A DNA stretch of 64,000 bases from Sphaerodactylus townsendi (lineage: Eukaryota), in assembly GCF_021028975.2 (NCBI RefSeq), contig NC_059435.1:2294001-2358000 (forward strand). Direction: 5' to 3'. Of the stretch, positions 27,556 through 39,566 are shown piece after piece. Under the pieces are notes generated by a model. That model was given only the letters and a program-made list of their open reading frames with translations, was not told the origin of the DNA and searched no databases. Within the stretch, counting starts at the first letter, position 1; every line of letters begins with the position of its first letter. The position numbers and the translations under genes are program-made.

Positions 27556-27862
27556 TCTGTGCCTCATAGCTGTTTTAGACAGAGAAGAGCCCATTAAATT
27601 CTTCAAGCAACTCTGCTTTGCTGGTCACAAGTGCATTCCTCCCTCTAAAATAGACGTCCAATCATAAACAGCTCAGAGCTCACAAGTGGAGCAAACTTGT
27701 TCAGAGCAACCTGCACAAAACACCCCCAAGCAGAGACCTGCAAACAAGACAACACTCAAAAGCATCAAGCAGAGCTCTATATACACAAGGTGACGCTCTG
27801 CCAAGGGTGGGCACTGAAAAACACAGCGCAGCATCGTGATGACACGAGTTCAACCAGCCAAT
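27556..27862 (-). promoter_or_regulatory. Candidate alternative promoter and non-coding first exon of SLC20A2
   Basis: In transcript order: NF-Y box AGCCAATC (CCAAT 27858-27862), CCCACCC (27805-27811), half-CRE CGTCA (27791-27795), TATATA (27778-27783), then donor GA|GTAAGT at 27556/27555. The region is TE-free with retained CpGs. Motif-based inference only. Confidence 0.5.
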
Positions 27863-28184
27863 CCTAATGAAGCCTATTTTGAAGAGGGTGCTTGGCAGCC
27901 CTCTCCTCTCCTCCCCTTCCCTGACCTCAAGCTGGAAGCTGGTTTCTGTCTCTCAGAATCAATCATATTAAAGTCCACTTGCACAGAAAAATAGAACTGC
28001 CAAGACTGACATACAACAAAGCTACACAAGCAGAAAAGCAAGTTGAACGGTATACATTTTTGGTAACACTAAGAACAGCTATCTTTGTAGAAGATTCAGA
28101 CACACAATGAATTTTCAAGCTGAATGGGCAAAAGCTTCCAGATTAATAGATGGAATAAAATAATATATCAGGTTTGCAATTTTA

Positions 28185-28265
28185 TGGTCTGAAAAGAGAA
28201 CTTTTGATTCTCAAAAGTTGTACTTGGAAAATTTTGTTGGTGTACAAGGTGCTGCTGGACTTGAA
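28185..28265 (+). mobile_element. Probable Penelope-like terminal repeat remnant
   Basis: TCTGAAAAGAGAACTTTTGATTCTCAAAAG...TTGTTGGTGTACAAGGTGCTGCTGGACT resembles reptile PLE repeats (from recall). Confidence 0.35.
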
Positions 28266-28377
28266 TGCAAAATGTAAACTAGAAATCTTCACCTCTGAAG
28301 TAAATTGATACAGCTGGCTTCAGAAGTCATCGATGTCATTTAATTTAACATGAAGTGGAATTCTCCAGGACTGAATC

Positions 28378-28598
28378 TGGTGGTGGTGGAGAGTGCCAGC
28401 AAGTTGCCACCAACTCATGGTGACCATTATGGGGGTTTCAAAGCTAAAAAACAACGGAGGTACTTTGCCATTGCCTGCCTCTGCATAGCAACCTTGAACT
28501 TCCTTGGTGGTCTCCCATTCAAAGCGTAACAGGACAAACCCTACTTAGTTTTGAGAGCTAATGAGATCAAGCTCACCTGGTCAATCAGGGCAGGGCAG
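28378..28598 (-). mobile_element. 5S rRNA-derived SINE (5S-Sauria-like)
   Basis: Reverse complement GATCTCATTAGCTCTCAAAACTAAGTAGGGT...GAATGGGAGACCACC is a diverged 5S A/C-box region, followed by an unrelated body and (CCA)n tail. Confidence 0.75.
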
Positions 28599-29039
28599 GA
28601 CTAAATGTACTCAAGCAGTTTTCCAATACTCTGTTTCACAAACTCAGTATTTGTTGCAAATCTGACTGGATTGGCAATGAGGGCGGCGAAGAAGGCCTAC
28701 ATGTTCACCTCCATTGTGTCCCCAAATAGCCATCCAGCTGAACATTTCCAAGTAGTGAATGGGCTGGTGTCTGCCTCCAGGCGAGATGGATCAGCCCGGC
28801 CTTGGAAGTCAGCTGTGACGATTCTGCAAAACACTTTCAGGGCAAAGTTGCTCAGATTCGTAGGGATTTTGACTCCATGGTTCTGGATAATCCTGAGGTG
28901 GTCTCCAGATAAGACATCTTGTCAGGTTGTATGACAATTTTAATTGTTTTGGCCTGAGGACATGTTGCCTCCATGGTTGCAACTGACTACCTGTTCCCTT
29001 GAGCCTTGCCCATCAAGGCTAATTAAAGCTAGTTGGGGG

Positions 29040-29362
29040 TGGGGGGCGGGTTAGCAGGGTGAGTCCAGGAGGTTGTGAATGCTTCTTTAGGAAGTGGGGA
29101 GATGCCTCATGCCTTGAAAGAGGTATGCCCCTTTCTGAAGAGGTCAACCCTGGACCCAAAAGATCTCAACGACTATCACCCAGTAGCTAACATCCCTTTT
29201 TTGATAAGGTCTTAGAGCGGGTGGTGGCAGCTCAACGGCAGGCACACTTGGATGAAACTGATTTTCCAGATCCATGTCAGTCAGGGTTCAGGCGGGGGTT
29301 TGGAACAGAGACAACATTAATCACTCTGATGGATAACCTACTCAAGGAGAGAGACAGAGGCA
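29040..29362 (+). mobile_element. Old L2 LINE RT fragment (left part)
   Basis: DPCQSGFRRGFGTETTLITLMDNLLKERDRG. Confidence 0.8.
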
Positions 29363-29599
29363 GCCCAGCACAGGCAGGCCTGTTCTCCAGCCTGCTCAGT
29401 TTGCTAAAATAAGTGTGGGGGGGGGGCGCCGCGGGGGGAGCGCCACAGGGGAAATCACACCCGCCCCCCGCGACACCCTTCCACACTTACTTTAGCAACC
29501 CGAGCAGGCTGGAGAACAGGCAGGCCTGTTCTCCAGCCTGCCTGGTTTGCTAAAGTAAGTGTGGCGGGGGGTGCCACAGGGGGGTGCAGGGGAAGGGTC

Positions 29600-31088
29600 G
29601 GGGATTTTCCACACCCCATGTGACCCAAAGCCATGTGCTTAGTGCATGGCACACCCCACTTCCCCTCATAGCTCCGCCACTGCCTGTGGCGTCCAAGCCA
29701 GCCACAAAACCACCCACATCTAAAGCTCCTTGTCCTAAATGTGGCAGCACCAAATCAGTTGCAATTGATGAACCCAACTTGGCCGATGCAGAAGATGAAT
29801 CTGATTTGAGTGCAGGACTTACCGCCACAAGCCTGGAATCAGCCAAAGCTCCCAAGGACAGGGTGAGTGAGGACAGTCGACCCGTTACACTTATAACAAC
29901 TTTAACTAATCTGGCCCAGCACACCCGTATCATCGCCCGAGCCCTAGTGGATTCAGGTTGCTCTCATTGTCTTATGAGACCTGCTGAAGCAGAGGAATTG
30001 GGGCTGCAGGTCCTTCCTTTATAAAAACCCATTTCGTTCACTCAAATGGATGGTAGCCCGTTAGGAGGGGTTCCAGCGCAATACAAAACCGAAAAAGTTC
30101 TACTAAGTTGTGCAGAGCATTGGGAGCGCTGTAGTTTCATAGTGGCTCCCACTGCCAAACACCCAATTTTATTGGGAATGGTCTGGTTGGAGGACCACAA
30201 TCCTTCCATTAACTGGTCAGAACGGATTATCTGTTTTACTGACCCACCCTGCGGGAACCATATGCACAACAATCCACCAGAGAATCACTCTGAAGTGACT
30301 TGCATAGCCTCTTCAGCAACTGACCAAGATGACACTATTGGCATTCCAGCTCCCTACCAAGATTTGTGCAGGGTATTTGAGGAACCCAAAAGTGATCAAT
30401 TAGCTCCCCATCGGGCTACTGACTGTAAATAGAATTATTACCAGATGCCAAACTTCCCAAAGGCAGACTGTATCGTATGAGTCCCCCTGAGGACGCAGCC
30501 CTCCGGGGCTTTTTGGACAAGAATCTCCAACAGGGATTCATTTGGAAAGCGACCAAAAGCACATTTGCAGCCCCTGTTTTATTTGTGAAAAAGAAAGATG
30601 GAGGCTTACATTTATGTACTGATTATCAGGGTCTCAATGCCATCTCTGCTTCCAACAAATATCCCTTACCATTGAGTAAGGACCTGCTGGATGCACTTGG
30701 TTCTGGTAAACTGTTTACTAAGTTGGATTTGCACGAAGCTTATTATCAAGTGAGAATAGCTTTGAACATTTAACTGCCTTTAATACCAAATATGGCCAAT
30801 ATGAATATCAAGTGATGCCCTTTGGATTATTCCCCCCCCCCCCAGTGTTTTCATGTCATTAATCAGTGGTGGTTTATTTAGATGATGTCTTAATCTATTC
30901 CCAAAATGAGGAGAAACATATTCAGTTGGTCCGCAAAGTACTTGGAAGGTCTGCTGGATAACTCGCTGTATGTCAAATTGTCTAAATGTGCCTTTCATCA
31001 GGAAAAATTAGACTTTCTGGGGTACAGAGTGTCGGCAGCGTGTTTGGAAATGGACCCTAAAAAAGTGGAAGTGGTCATTACTTGGCTC
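29600..31088 (+). mobile_element. Internal Gypsy fragment (gag end, protease, RT), no LTRs, inside an L2
   Basis: ARALVDSGCSH protease motif; PILLGMVWLEDHNPSINW; APVLFVKKKDGGLHLCTDYQGLN; YLDD (~30876); KLSKCAFHQEKLDFLGYRVS. Confidence 0.88.
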
Positions 31089-31089
31089 T

Positions 31090-32010
31090 AAACTCTACTT
31101 CTGGAGCAGCTGCGAGGGTTGGAACTGGGGTCCACTGTAATGCAATGGTTCTCGTCCTACCTCAGTGGCAGGCTCCAGAAAGTGCAAATGAGGGGAGGGG
31201 CAGGTGGTCAGGTCCCTGGGAGCTCTCTGGTGGAGTTTCCCAGGGCTTGTTCCTGTCTCCTATGTTACTTAATATCTACATCCTGCTAGGGGAGGTCATC
31301 AGAAGATATGGCATGGGTTGTCACTAACATGCAGACAACACCCAGGTGTTCCTCTCAGTTTCATTTGCATCACGTGAGGCAGCCCATGACCTGAATCACT
31401 GCCTGGCAGCTGTCATGGAATGGATGAGGGTGAATAAATTGAAATTGAATCCCGATAAAACAGAAGTGTTCTTTGTATTGTCAAAGAAGTGTTCTTGTGT
31501 GCCAAGCTCTCAAGTCCAGGGAATCGAGGGACACCCGGTGCTGGAAGAGATGGCTTTACCCCAGATAAACCGGGTGAAGAACCTGGGGATCATCCTGGAT
31601 GGGTCGCTCTCTCTGGAAGCCCAAGTGGCAGTGACAACCGAGAGGGCCCATCAACAACTCTGGCTGGTGAGCTAGTTCTGTTTTTTCCTGGACCAGGAAG
31701 TCCTGGACACAGTTATCTATGCTCTGGTAACCACCAAATTGGATTATTGTAATGTGCTATACGTGGGACTGCCTTGAGGAAAGTCCAGAAGCTTGAGCTA
31801 GTGCAGAATATGGCAACTCACCTACTGATCAGTGCTTTGTACAGGGATAGAATCACCCCAATTCTGCACTGGCTTTCGCTGCATTTCTGGGCTCAATTCA
31901 AAGTGCTTATTAACCTATAAAGTCCGAAACAGCATTGGTCCTGGATACTGGAGAGAGTGCATCTGCCCATGTATTCCTTCCCTGACACTGAGCTTGGAGG
32001 GGGAGGCCTA
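31090..32010 (+). mobile_element. Old L2 LINE RT fragment (right part)
   Basis: GVSQGLFLSPMLLNIY, WMRVNKLKLNPDKTEV, VKNLGIILD and KLDYCN. Confidence 0.85.
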
Positions 32011-32324
32011 CCTGGTGTAGGAGGTTAAGAGCTCGTGTATCTAATCTGGAGGAACCGGGTTTGATTCCCAGCTCTGCCGCTTGAGCTGTGGAGGCTTATC
32101 TGGGGAATTCAGATTAGCCTGTACACTCCAATACACGCCAGCTGGGTGACCTTGGGCTAGTCACAGCTTCTCGGTGCTCTCTCAGCCCCACCCACCTCAT
32201 AGGGTGTTTGTTGTGAGGAGGGAAGGGCAAGGAGATTGCAAGCCCCTTTGAGTCTCCTGCAGGAGAGAAAGGGGGGATATAAATCCAAACTCCTCCTCCT
32301 CCTCCTCCTCCTCCTCCTTCTTCT
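32011..32324 (+). mobile_element. Squam3-like tRNA-derived SINE, near full length
   Basis: TGGTGTAGGAGGTTAAGAGC and GGTTTGATTCCC pol III boxes; body GCTGGGTGACCTTGGGCTAGTCAC; (CCT)n tail. Confidence 0.88.
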
Positions 32325-33383
32325 GGATGTGAGGACTTTCTCAACAGTGGACCCTGCACTGTAGAATGTAGAATGTCCTTCCACTGGAGGCCTGTCAGGC
32401 ACCTACTCTTCTGGAGATTTGGCACCAGGCAGCAACTTCACCTGGGCTTTCAGCTGATTCCCCCTACTGGGATGGGGGTGGACTTGAGGAGTCCTGTACA
32501 TTCCACCCACTTTTGTGGCAGCTTGGGGTGGGAGTTTTAGAACTTGGAAAGTTCCATGGTTTGGGGAGTTTTTATATGGTACTGAATGGGATTTTATTAT
32601 GCTTTTATTGTAACCCATCCTGAGACTATTGTAAATGGCAGAGAATAAATTATCATAAACACTACGATGCTTTACCTTTTAGGGTAAAAACCTTTTTAGA
32701 CCTGGAACCTAATTTAGACATGGCATTCACATTTAAATTACCACCACATTTAAATTATGACCCAGTTCTCTGTCCATTGCATTATGTGCAGATGTTCCAA
32801 TGCACACACTAGTAGGGCCCAGAGATGCACACCTCAGGAACCTGGTAAGAAAAAAGGCGCAGAACCATGACTGGCACAGAGATGACCCTGACTCTTATTT
32901 TTGTCCATGCATTTTTCACTCCATGTTCAGGGCAGCATACCTGCCCTCCTCTATTTTATCTTCCTACATGTTAAAAAGGTCACTAAGAGTGTGACTGGCG
33001 TACCCAGTGCGCTTCATGGCCAAGGGATCATTAGGACCTGGATCTCTCCTAATAACACTGGCTCAATTATCCTTAACAGGTGTGTCGATTGTAGGGTCAA
33101 CTGCCTGAAGCTAAGAATGGGTTAGTTGTGAGTCAGGTTACTATACTTCAACCAAACAAGACTTGAGTGACATTACTTGTCTATGCAATTTATTAAGGAT
33201 TAAGGCTCTGTCCTGTTTAAGACAGAGTTACTCTTCCACTGAAGGTGTTCAGTAGTGCTATTAGATCTTATGCCTACAACTGGATGATCTGGCCTCCTTT
33301 CACCAATTTTAGTTAGTGCACTAACTACAATCTTTCCTTATGAAGTGAAATTTGTCCCCACCCCATTCACATCCAGTTTTGAT

Positions 33384-33384
<1 letters not shown>

Positions 33385-33431
<47 letters not shown>

Positions 33432-33450
33432 GATGATGATGATGATGATG
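33385..33450. repeat. Compound (GATT)n(GAT)n microsatellite
   Basis: Seen directly. Confidence 0.95.
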
Positions 33451-34149
33451 GATTCTGTGTGGAACTGCTTTTGAAAAATGTTCAAAAAAAGTGTGGAAAA
33501 ACTATTTAAAGCAGCAGGGTTTCTCAGTGGCATGAGGTACAGGGCATCTTCTAGTTTTAAGAACTATGTTGGCAGCCAATCCATTTCCAGGCAGAATTTG
33601 AAGTACAGTTTTAACCTTTAAAGCCCTAAACAGCCAGAGAACAGAATTCTGGAAGGACCTCATATTGCCCACCAGTTCAGATCAGCACTTGAGACCTTGG
33701 TGTGGACTCCTTTTTTCTTAAGGTGAGATTTGACCTTTCGCATACTGGCACTTCAACAGTGAAATGCTCTTCCATAGGGGTTTGCCTGATGCTTACCTTT
33801 TTATAGTGAAAAAGGAGTCCAGTAGTACATCAAAGACTAAGTGCTACTCTGGGGTAGCATTACTACAAAAACCGTTCATTTTTTTACATTTTACTATCAT
33901 TTTACATTTTTTACATTTTACTATCAGAGGAAACCCTTTTAATCAATCCTGGTAGTATAGTTTGTTTAAGTTGCTGTTTACTCAGTTGAATCTTTTCACC
34001 ATTATATCAAGTAATTTCAATAGTTCATAAATTCTATGTATTGACTGTGTTTCAAGATTCTTTGCAATAGATAATATGGTTTACAAGTAAAGTAAAGTAA
34101 AGAATATGGTTTACAAGTAAAGTAAATAAACCATTCCAAGGAATATGAC

Positions 34150-35740
34150 AGTGCTCTCTGCAGCTCATGTCAGGGAGAAGCATAGCAAAACCGCAACACT
34201 CCTTTTGTTTCTAAGTCTTAAGGTTAGCATCCAGGTCTTCAACAGTGGTACCCAACATTAAAACTACCTGGTGGAGATTCTAGGCCCCTCCAAAAATCTC
34301 CAAAGTGCAAAGCTAGAAGAATATCTGGGCCAATCTGTCCACCACCCTGAATGCTTTTGACTCACAGCTTCCCAACTCCCACATTGTTCTGTGTGGAGAC
34401 TTTCACATGAAGATTGGGATGGGTTCTCTTCGTGATTCCATTACTGTAATCAACCAGGTCGCTTTACATGTATGTCATTTGGCTAGGCCATTCCTGCATA
34501 AGCTTTTACATAAATCTTGCATGAGAAATAGTTTCCTCTCATCCCCTACACTGACAGCCCTGAGAAGCCATCACAGCTCCTTAAGCCTGGCCTTCCGAGA
34601 TGCAACTTTCTCAATAACCTTCCGGAAGGGGTCCAACAGAAGAAGCAAGGTGAATTAGATGATAAATCTGCCAGCATCCTCAAACTGCACAAACTCTGGA
34701 GGACAGCACCTTTCAATCTTTACACCAAGAATTGTCTGTCATCGCAAACCTTCATTCTCCAGAGGCAGACCTTTAGGATCTAAATTACAAACTTTGCAGG
34801 CTGGTTTGACCACAGTGCAGAGTAGCTTGGATGGAGCTTGTCCACTATACATGACTGGGTGTGCAACTGTAAACTGTTTACTGTGTTTTTAACTGTTGTA
34901 ATCCTCCCTGAGCCCTCTGGGAAAGGGCAGGATAAAATTAAATATATGGTTACATACATAAATAAAATAGTGTCTCTCTCATCACTCTTCTGTCTCTTGG
35001 ATCAGCCTACAAGAAGCTTTAAAAGCAAAAGACACGTGGTTTTTTTTACCAAACCTCAGTAGAGGAGCTGGCTCTGACCATCTTTGAAAAAAGAGAAAAA
35101 TCTCTACTCTGTTGGAGGCCCAGGTCTCAGCTAAAGTCTGGCACCCACACGTAAGTCAGATCTTTGGACCCCTTTTGCTTCTGCTAATGGGCCCCCTGAG
35201 CAGACTTCTCCTACTGATTTATCCACCTTGCCCCAGTAGCCTGTTGATCAGCCTTATCTAAAGTAAGAGCTGGCAGCTCTGGATCCCCAACTAAGAAAAT
35301 CCCATTTTAGAGGGATAAAATGGAAACACTCCGGCTCCATGGCTTTTCCATCTATATTTCAACAATACAGCAATGAGATTATCAGGCCTAGAGCTCTTTC
35401 AGCACTCACTTGGTCAATATATTTATTCTCCTTGAATGCTGATGACCTGATTCTATTGTCTCTTACTCAACTTGAACAGGTTATAGCAACTTTTGTAAAG
35501 AAGGACCATAATGGATCAACTAGTCTAAGACTAAGGCAATGGTTTTCAGAAAGAAGTCTCTTAAGCTCTGGTGGCAAACAGATAATATCCCTACAGGCCA
35601 GTGTAGAAGTTTCAAATACCTTCAGGTCATATTCTCTGAAACCCTTTCTGGAAGGCCCATCTGACCACTACAAAGACTTCAGTCACAAGAATGACTGGGG
35701 CTGTTTTGAAGTTTTATCATTCAAAAGGTGGTTGGTTGCC
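34150..35740 (+). mobile_element. Old RTE-X-like LINE, left part
   Basis: Endonuclease-like IVLCGDFH (~34383), LNADDLILLS, and AVLKFYHSKGG at the break (compare AVLKFFRTKGG at ~19995). Confidence 0.6.
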
Positions 35741-37513
35741 TCTATACAATGTGTCATTTTGTTTGTTCAAATTGATTTTCAAATATTTAACTCTATCTAA
35801 AGTGATATCCTGTAATCTTACCAATATCACGTCTTCCTGATGTGCTAAGTATTTCTAAATTACCTTTGTTGTGTTTTGATTAATTCTATATTCTGAAAAC
35901 AATGCTTGTGAACTTACAATTCTTAGAATTACATCATCTGCATAACTTTTAATCTTAAACTTTTCACCATCTACATTCAGTCCCTTGATTCTTATATCCT
36001 GCCTGATTTTAGTTGCTAAACCATCTAGTTCCAAGATAAATAACTGTGGTGATAATGAACACCCTTGGCATGTTCCTTTTTCAATCGGCAGCTCCTCGGT
36101 TAGGATGCCACGTATTAATACCCTTGCTTTGTGTACAAGCTCTGTATCCAATTAAAGAATCTTGAACTACACATTGAATTTTCTAATGTCTTTAATAAGA
36201 AAGTCCAAGAAATATTATCAAATTATTCCTCTGCATCTAAAAATACAAACACAGCTTTCTTCTTTGTTTAATAAACTCAACAGCATTTATTACAAAACAG
36301 ACATCATCCTTCATGAATTGATTTTGTTAAACATTTTCTTAATCTAGTCACCATTATAGAAGTAAACAATTTATAATCCACATTTAATGATGATATTGGT
36401 CTATAAGATTGTGGCAGTTCTGGATCATTTCCTTCTTTATAGATAAGTGTTATATATACTTCTTGCCACGATGTTGGTAAATTTTTCTCTTATTTCAATT
36501 ATCACTTCTTGTAAGGGTAAAATTAACTTTTCTTCTGCATAATATTCTGCTATTAACCCATCTGGTCCTGGCACCTTATCATTTTTCAGTTCCTTAATAG
36601 CATGTGATAATTCTTGAATTGTAATGATTTGGTTTAATATTTCTCTGATGAGAATTTTTCAAGGTTTTTTAAAATGTATTCACTCATTGCCGCTTCTGAT
36701 TAACTTCCTTTTTTATACAATACAGCAAAAAACTGAACAACTTGGTCTTACATTTCCTTTTCCCTTCTTTATTCCTGTGATCGTCTTTTTCAGTTTCCTA
36801 TCTTAGATAGTGTGCTAAAAATCTTATTTGTATACTCTAAATTTCTTTGTTTCAAAAATTTCATTTTTTTATTTCTTGTTTTTTTCTTTTTTGCATTTTT
36901 TCTGTTTCAAACATATTCAATTGATTTTTAGAAGCTTGATCTCCCTCAGAATCTCCTTGTCCAGAGAACATTTATGCTGAACTTCCAATATTCTCCTTTT
37001 TTCTAGTATTTTATTTATCTGAAGCAATCATCCAAAATATCTGTCCTAATCTGTTTTTTCCCATTTTGCCCTATTGCCCTATTTTCCCTCTCATATAAGC
37101 TTTACTCATCTCCCAAATCATTATAACAGACATGTCTTCAGTCCTAAATTTTCTAAATCTTTCTTAGATTTCTTCTCGATATCTTCTTGTAAGAAAAGGC
37201 TATTGTTTCATCTCCATCTTCTTCGGTTCCTATCCCATTGCCATATCACTTCTATTGGATTGTGATCTACAAAGATTTTGGCTGCATCTTAGCATTCTCT
37301 AAATTCATAGTTAAGATTTTTGAAATCCAACATATGTCTATCCTTGATGTCTTTCGGAAATAAAGGTATAGTCTCTTGTGCTTGTTTTTAATTCACTGTG
37401 CATCCATTGAATTCAATATTTCCACATACATAATCACATTTCTAGAAAGTCTGTAACTTTTTTAGATCTGTCTTTTCAAGGTCTATAACATCATTCATAT
37501 CACCAAACATCAT
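35741..37513 (-). mobile_element. L1-clade LINE, inverted 5' segment (endonuclease end to RT)
   Basis: KVPGPDG, YRPISSLNVDYK, LDAEE, KGTCQGCSLSPQLFIL and SYADDVIL on the minus strand. Confidence 0.85.
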
Positions 37514-38097
37514 CATTGTATAGAGACAATTATAAAGCAACATTGAAGAACATATAAGAAAATTTACAAAGGTGGACTAAGTTAAAATTTTCAGAATTGC
37601 TACTTTTAAAATGCATATTTTACCATATTTTTTTATTCCAAATGTTACCAATTCACCTACAAGATAAAACCTTGAAAGAATGGCAAAATCCGATAAATCA
37701 CCTGGAACAACAACAACAAAACAAGAATCAAGTTTAAAGTGCTACAGGATTACAAGAAAAGAGGTCTACCGAACATTAAGTTATATTACCGGGAGTGGGA
37801 CTAGTATGGTCACAAATTGGATTAAAAATCCGGACCAAAAAATAATAAAATTGGAAACAGACAATTTAAAAGCAGGTATACATAGCTATTTATGGACTGG
37901 GAAATCAAAGAAGAAATATATAAATCAAAACAATATGCATGTAATGAAAAATGGGCTTTTGGAAATCTGGGCAAAAATACATAAAAGATTCAGCCCTCCA
38001 ATATCACCATGAATGTCTCCAATGGAAGCCTATTATAGTAGAACCGTAAATAAGATGATACTATAATCTACAGAGAAATGATGAGTACCCAAGGGAA
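37514..38097 (+). mobile_element. L1-clade LINE, sense segment left of DIRS-B
   Basis: DNYKATLK..LQRWTKLKFS..FKMHILP continues ORF2 from where the inverted segment stops. Confidence 0.8.
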
Positions 38098-39566
38098 CAA
38101 CCCATTGGATACTCACCGTGAAGGGGTCTTCTCCTGGGTGGTTGTAGGCCATCTTGTTTGGGTTGTTCTCTACCGTCAATCAAGGAGGCAGGAAATATAC
38201 TTTGGTCACTTCCTGTAGGCGGGTCATAGCCGTCTTGCCCCAGTATCTGACTAGCCGAGGATCAGACTCACCACAATGAGACAAGAACAATGGAACCACA
38301 ACCAAACACACAATAACATGTTGAAAAAACAAACCTAACCTAACAAGTCTGGAAGGGACCAAAGCTCAAAGGAATTCTCACAGGCTCTGAAACTCTATCT
38401 TGGAATGTTAACATTGCAGTTTTATATATGAAACACATTACCGGAGAAGAACAAGAACAGGGAGGGCCAAGATGGCCTACAACCACTCAGGAGAAGACCC
38501 CTTCACGGTGATATCCAATGGGTCGTTCTCCTGGATGGTGTAGGCCATCTTGTTTGGGTACTCCCCAAGCAGTGACCTGTAGGGTGGGTTCTGTTAATCT
38601 CCAATAATGTGCTCCAGGATTTTCCTTCCAAAGGAGGCTTGAATGGCATCCAGAGAGGTCAACCTACAGTGCCTCACAAAGGGAGAAGAGAGAGGCCCAA
38701 GTGGCCACCCTAAATATCTATCCTAGGGACACGTGCTTGACCAAAGTCCGGGTAGAGTGGGCCGTGATGCCACTGGGAACCGGTAGACAGCTGGCCTTGT
38801 GCGCCTCAATGACGCATGTCCTAATGCTGGAACTAACGGCCACAGAGGACATGACCTCACCTACCCTAGGGGGAACCATGTAAATAAACAGGGACTCACA
38901 TTCTCTGATATTTTCCTTGCATATGAGAAAGACCCTTAGGGACCAATGCACATCCAGGTGGTGCCATAAACGTTCCCTGGGATGGGTAGGGTTGGAGTAT
39001 AAGTTAGGCAGAACCACCTCCTTGTCGTTGGGTGGTTAGAACATAAAAATATTTATTTTTGATAATAAGGATAGTGGATTTAGGCTTGTTGTTCGTATCC
39101 CACTGGGATACGATGGGATACGACGTCACCACTGGGATACAATGACGACTTGTCACCATTGGGATACGATGACGACAGAGAGTGAGGGTCATCTTGATGG
39201 CGCCCTACTGGCCTTCCCCATGGTTTTAGTTATTCAAGGATTATCAGAGACACCGCTCTTAATCCTTTTGACGGTTCCAGATTGGTTATCCCAGGGTCAC
39301 TTGTGGCATCTGGTTCAGTTTGACCGCATGGTTCTTGAACAGAACAGTAGGAGAAAAAAGAGCTATTCAAACAACGTGACTGAGACGTTGCTAGCCTCAT
39401 GTTGTCCATCCACCATCAGGATTCACAGATCTTCCTGGAAAGTGTTTGTTCGCTGATGCAGGGGGAAGCTAATCACACCAGAGACTCTGTCACTAGATGT
39501 CATCCTAGATTCTGTCACTAGATGTCATCCTAGAGGATCCTAGATCCTCTGTCACTAGATGTCATC

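Noticed and set aside
28480-28598. 5S rRNA gene
   Set aside because: Too diverged and fused to a SINE body and tail.
39090-39180. Short repeats resembling a CRISPR array
   Set aside because: Vertebrate DNA, no regular unique spacers, no cas genes; better explained as breakpoint stutter.
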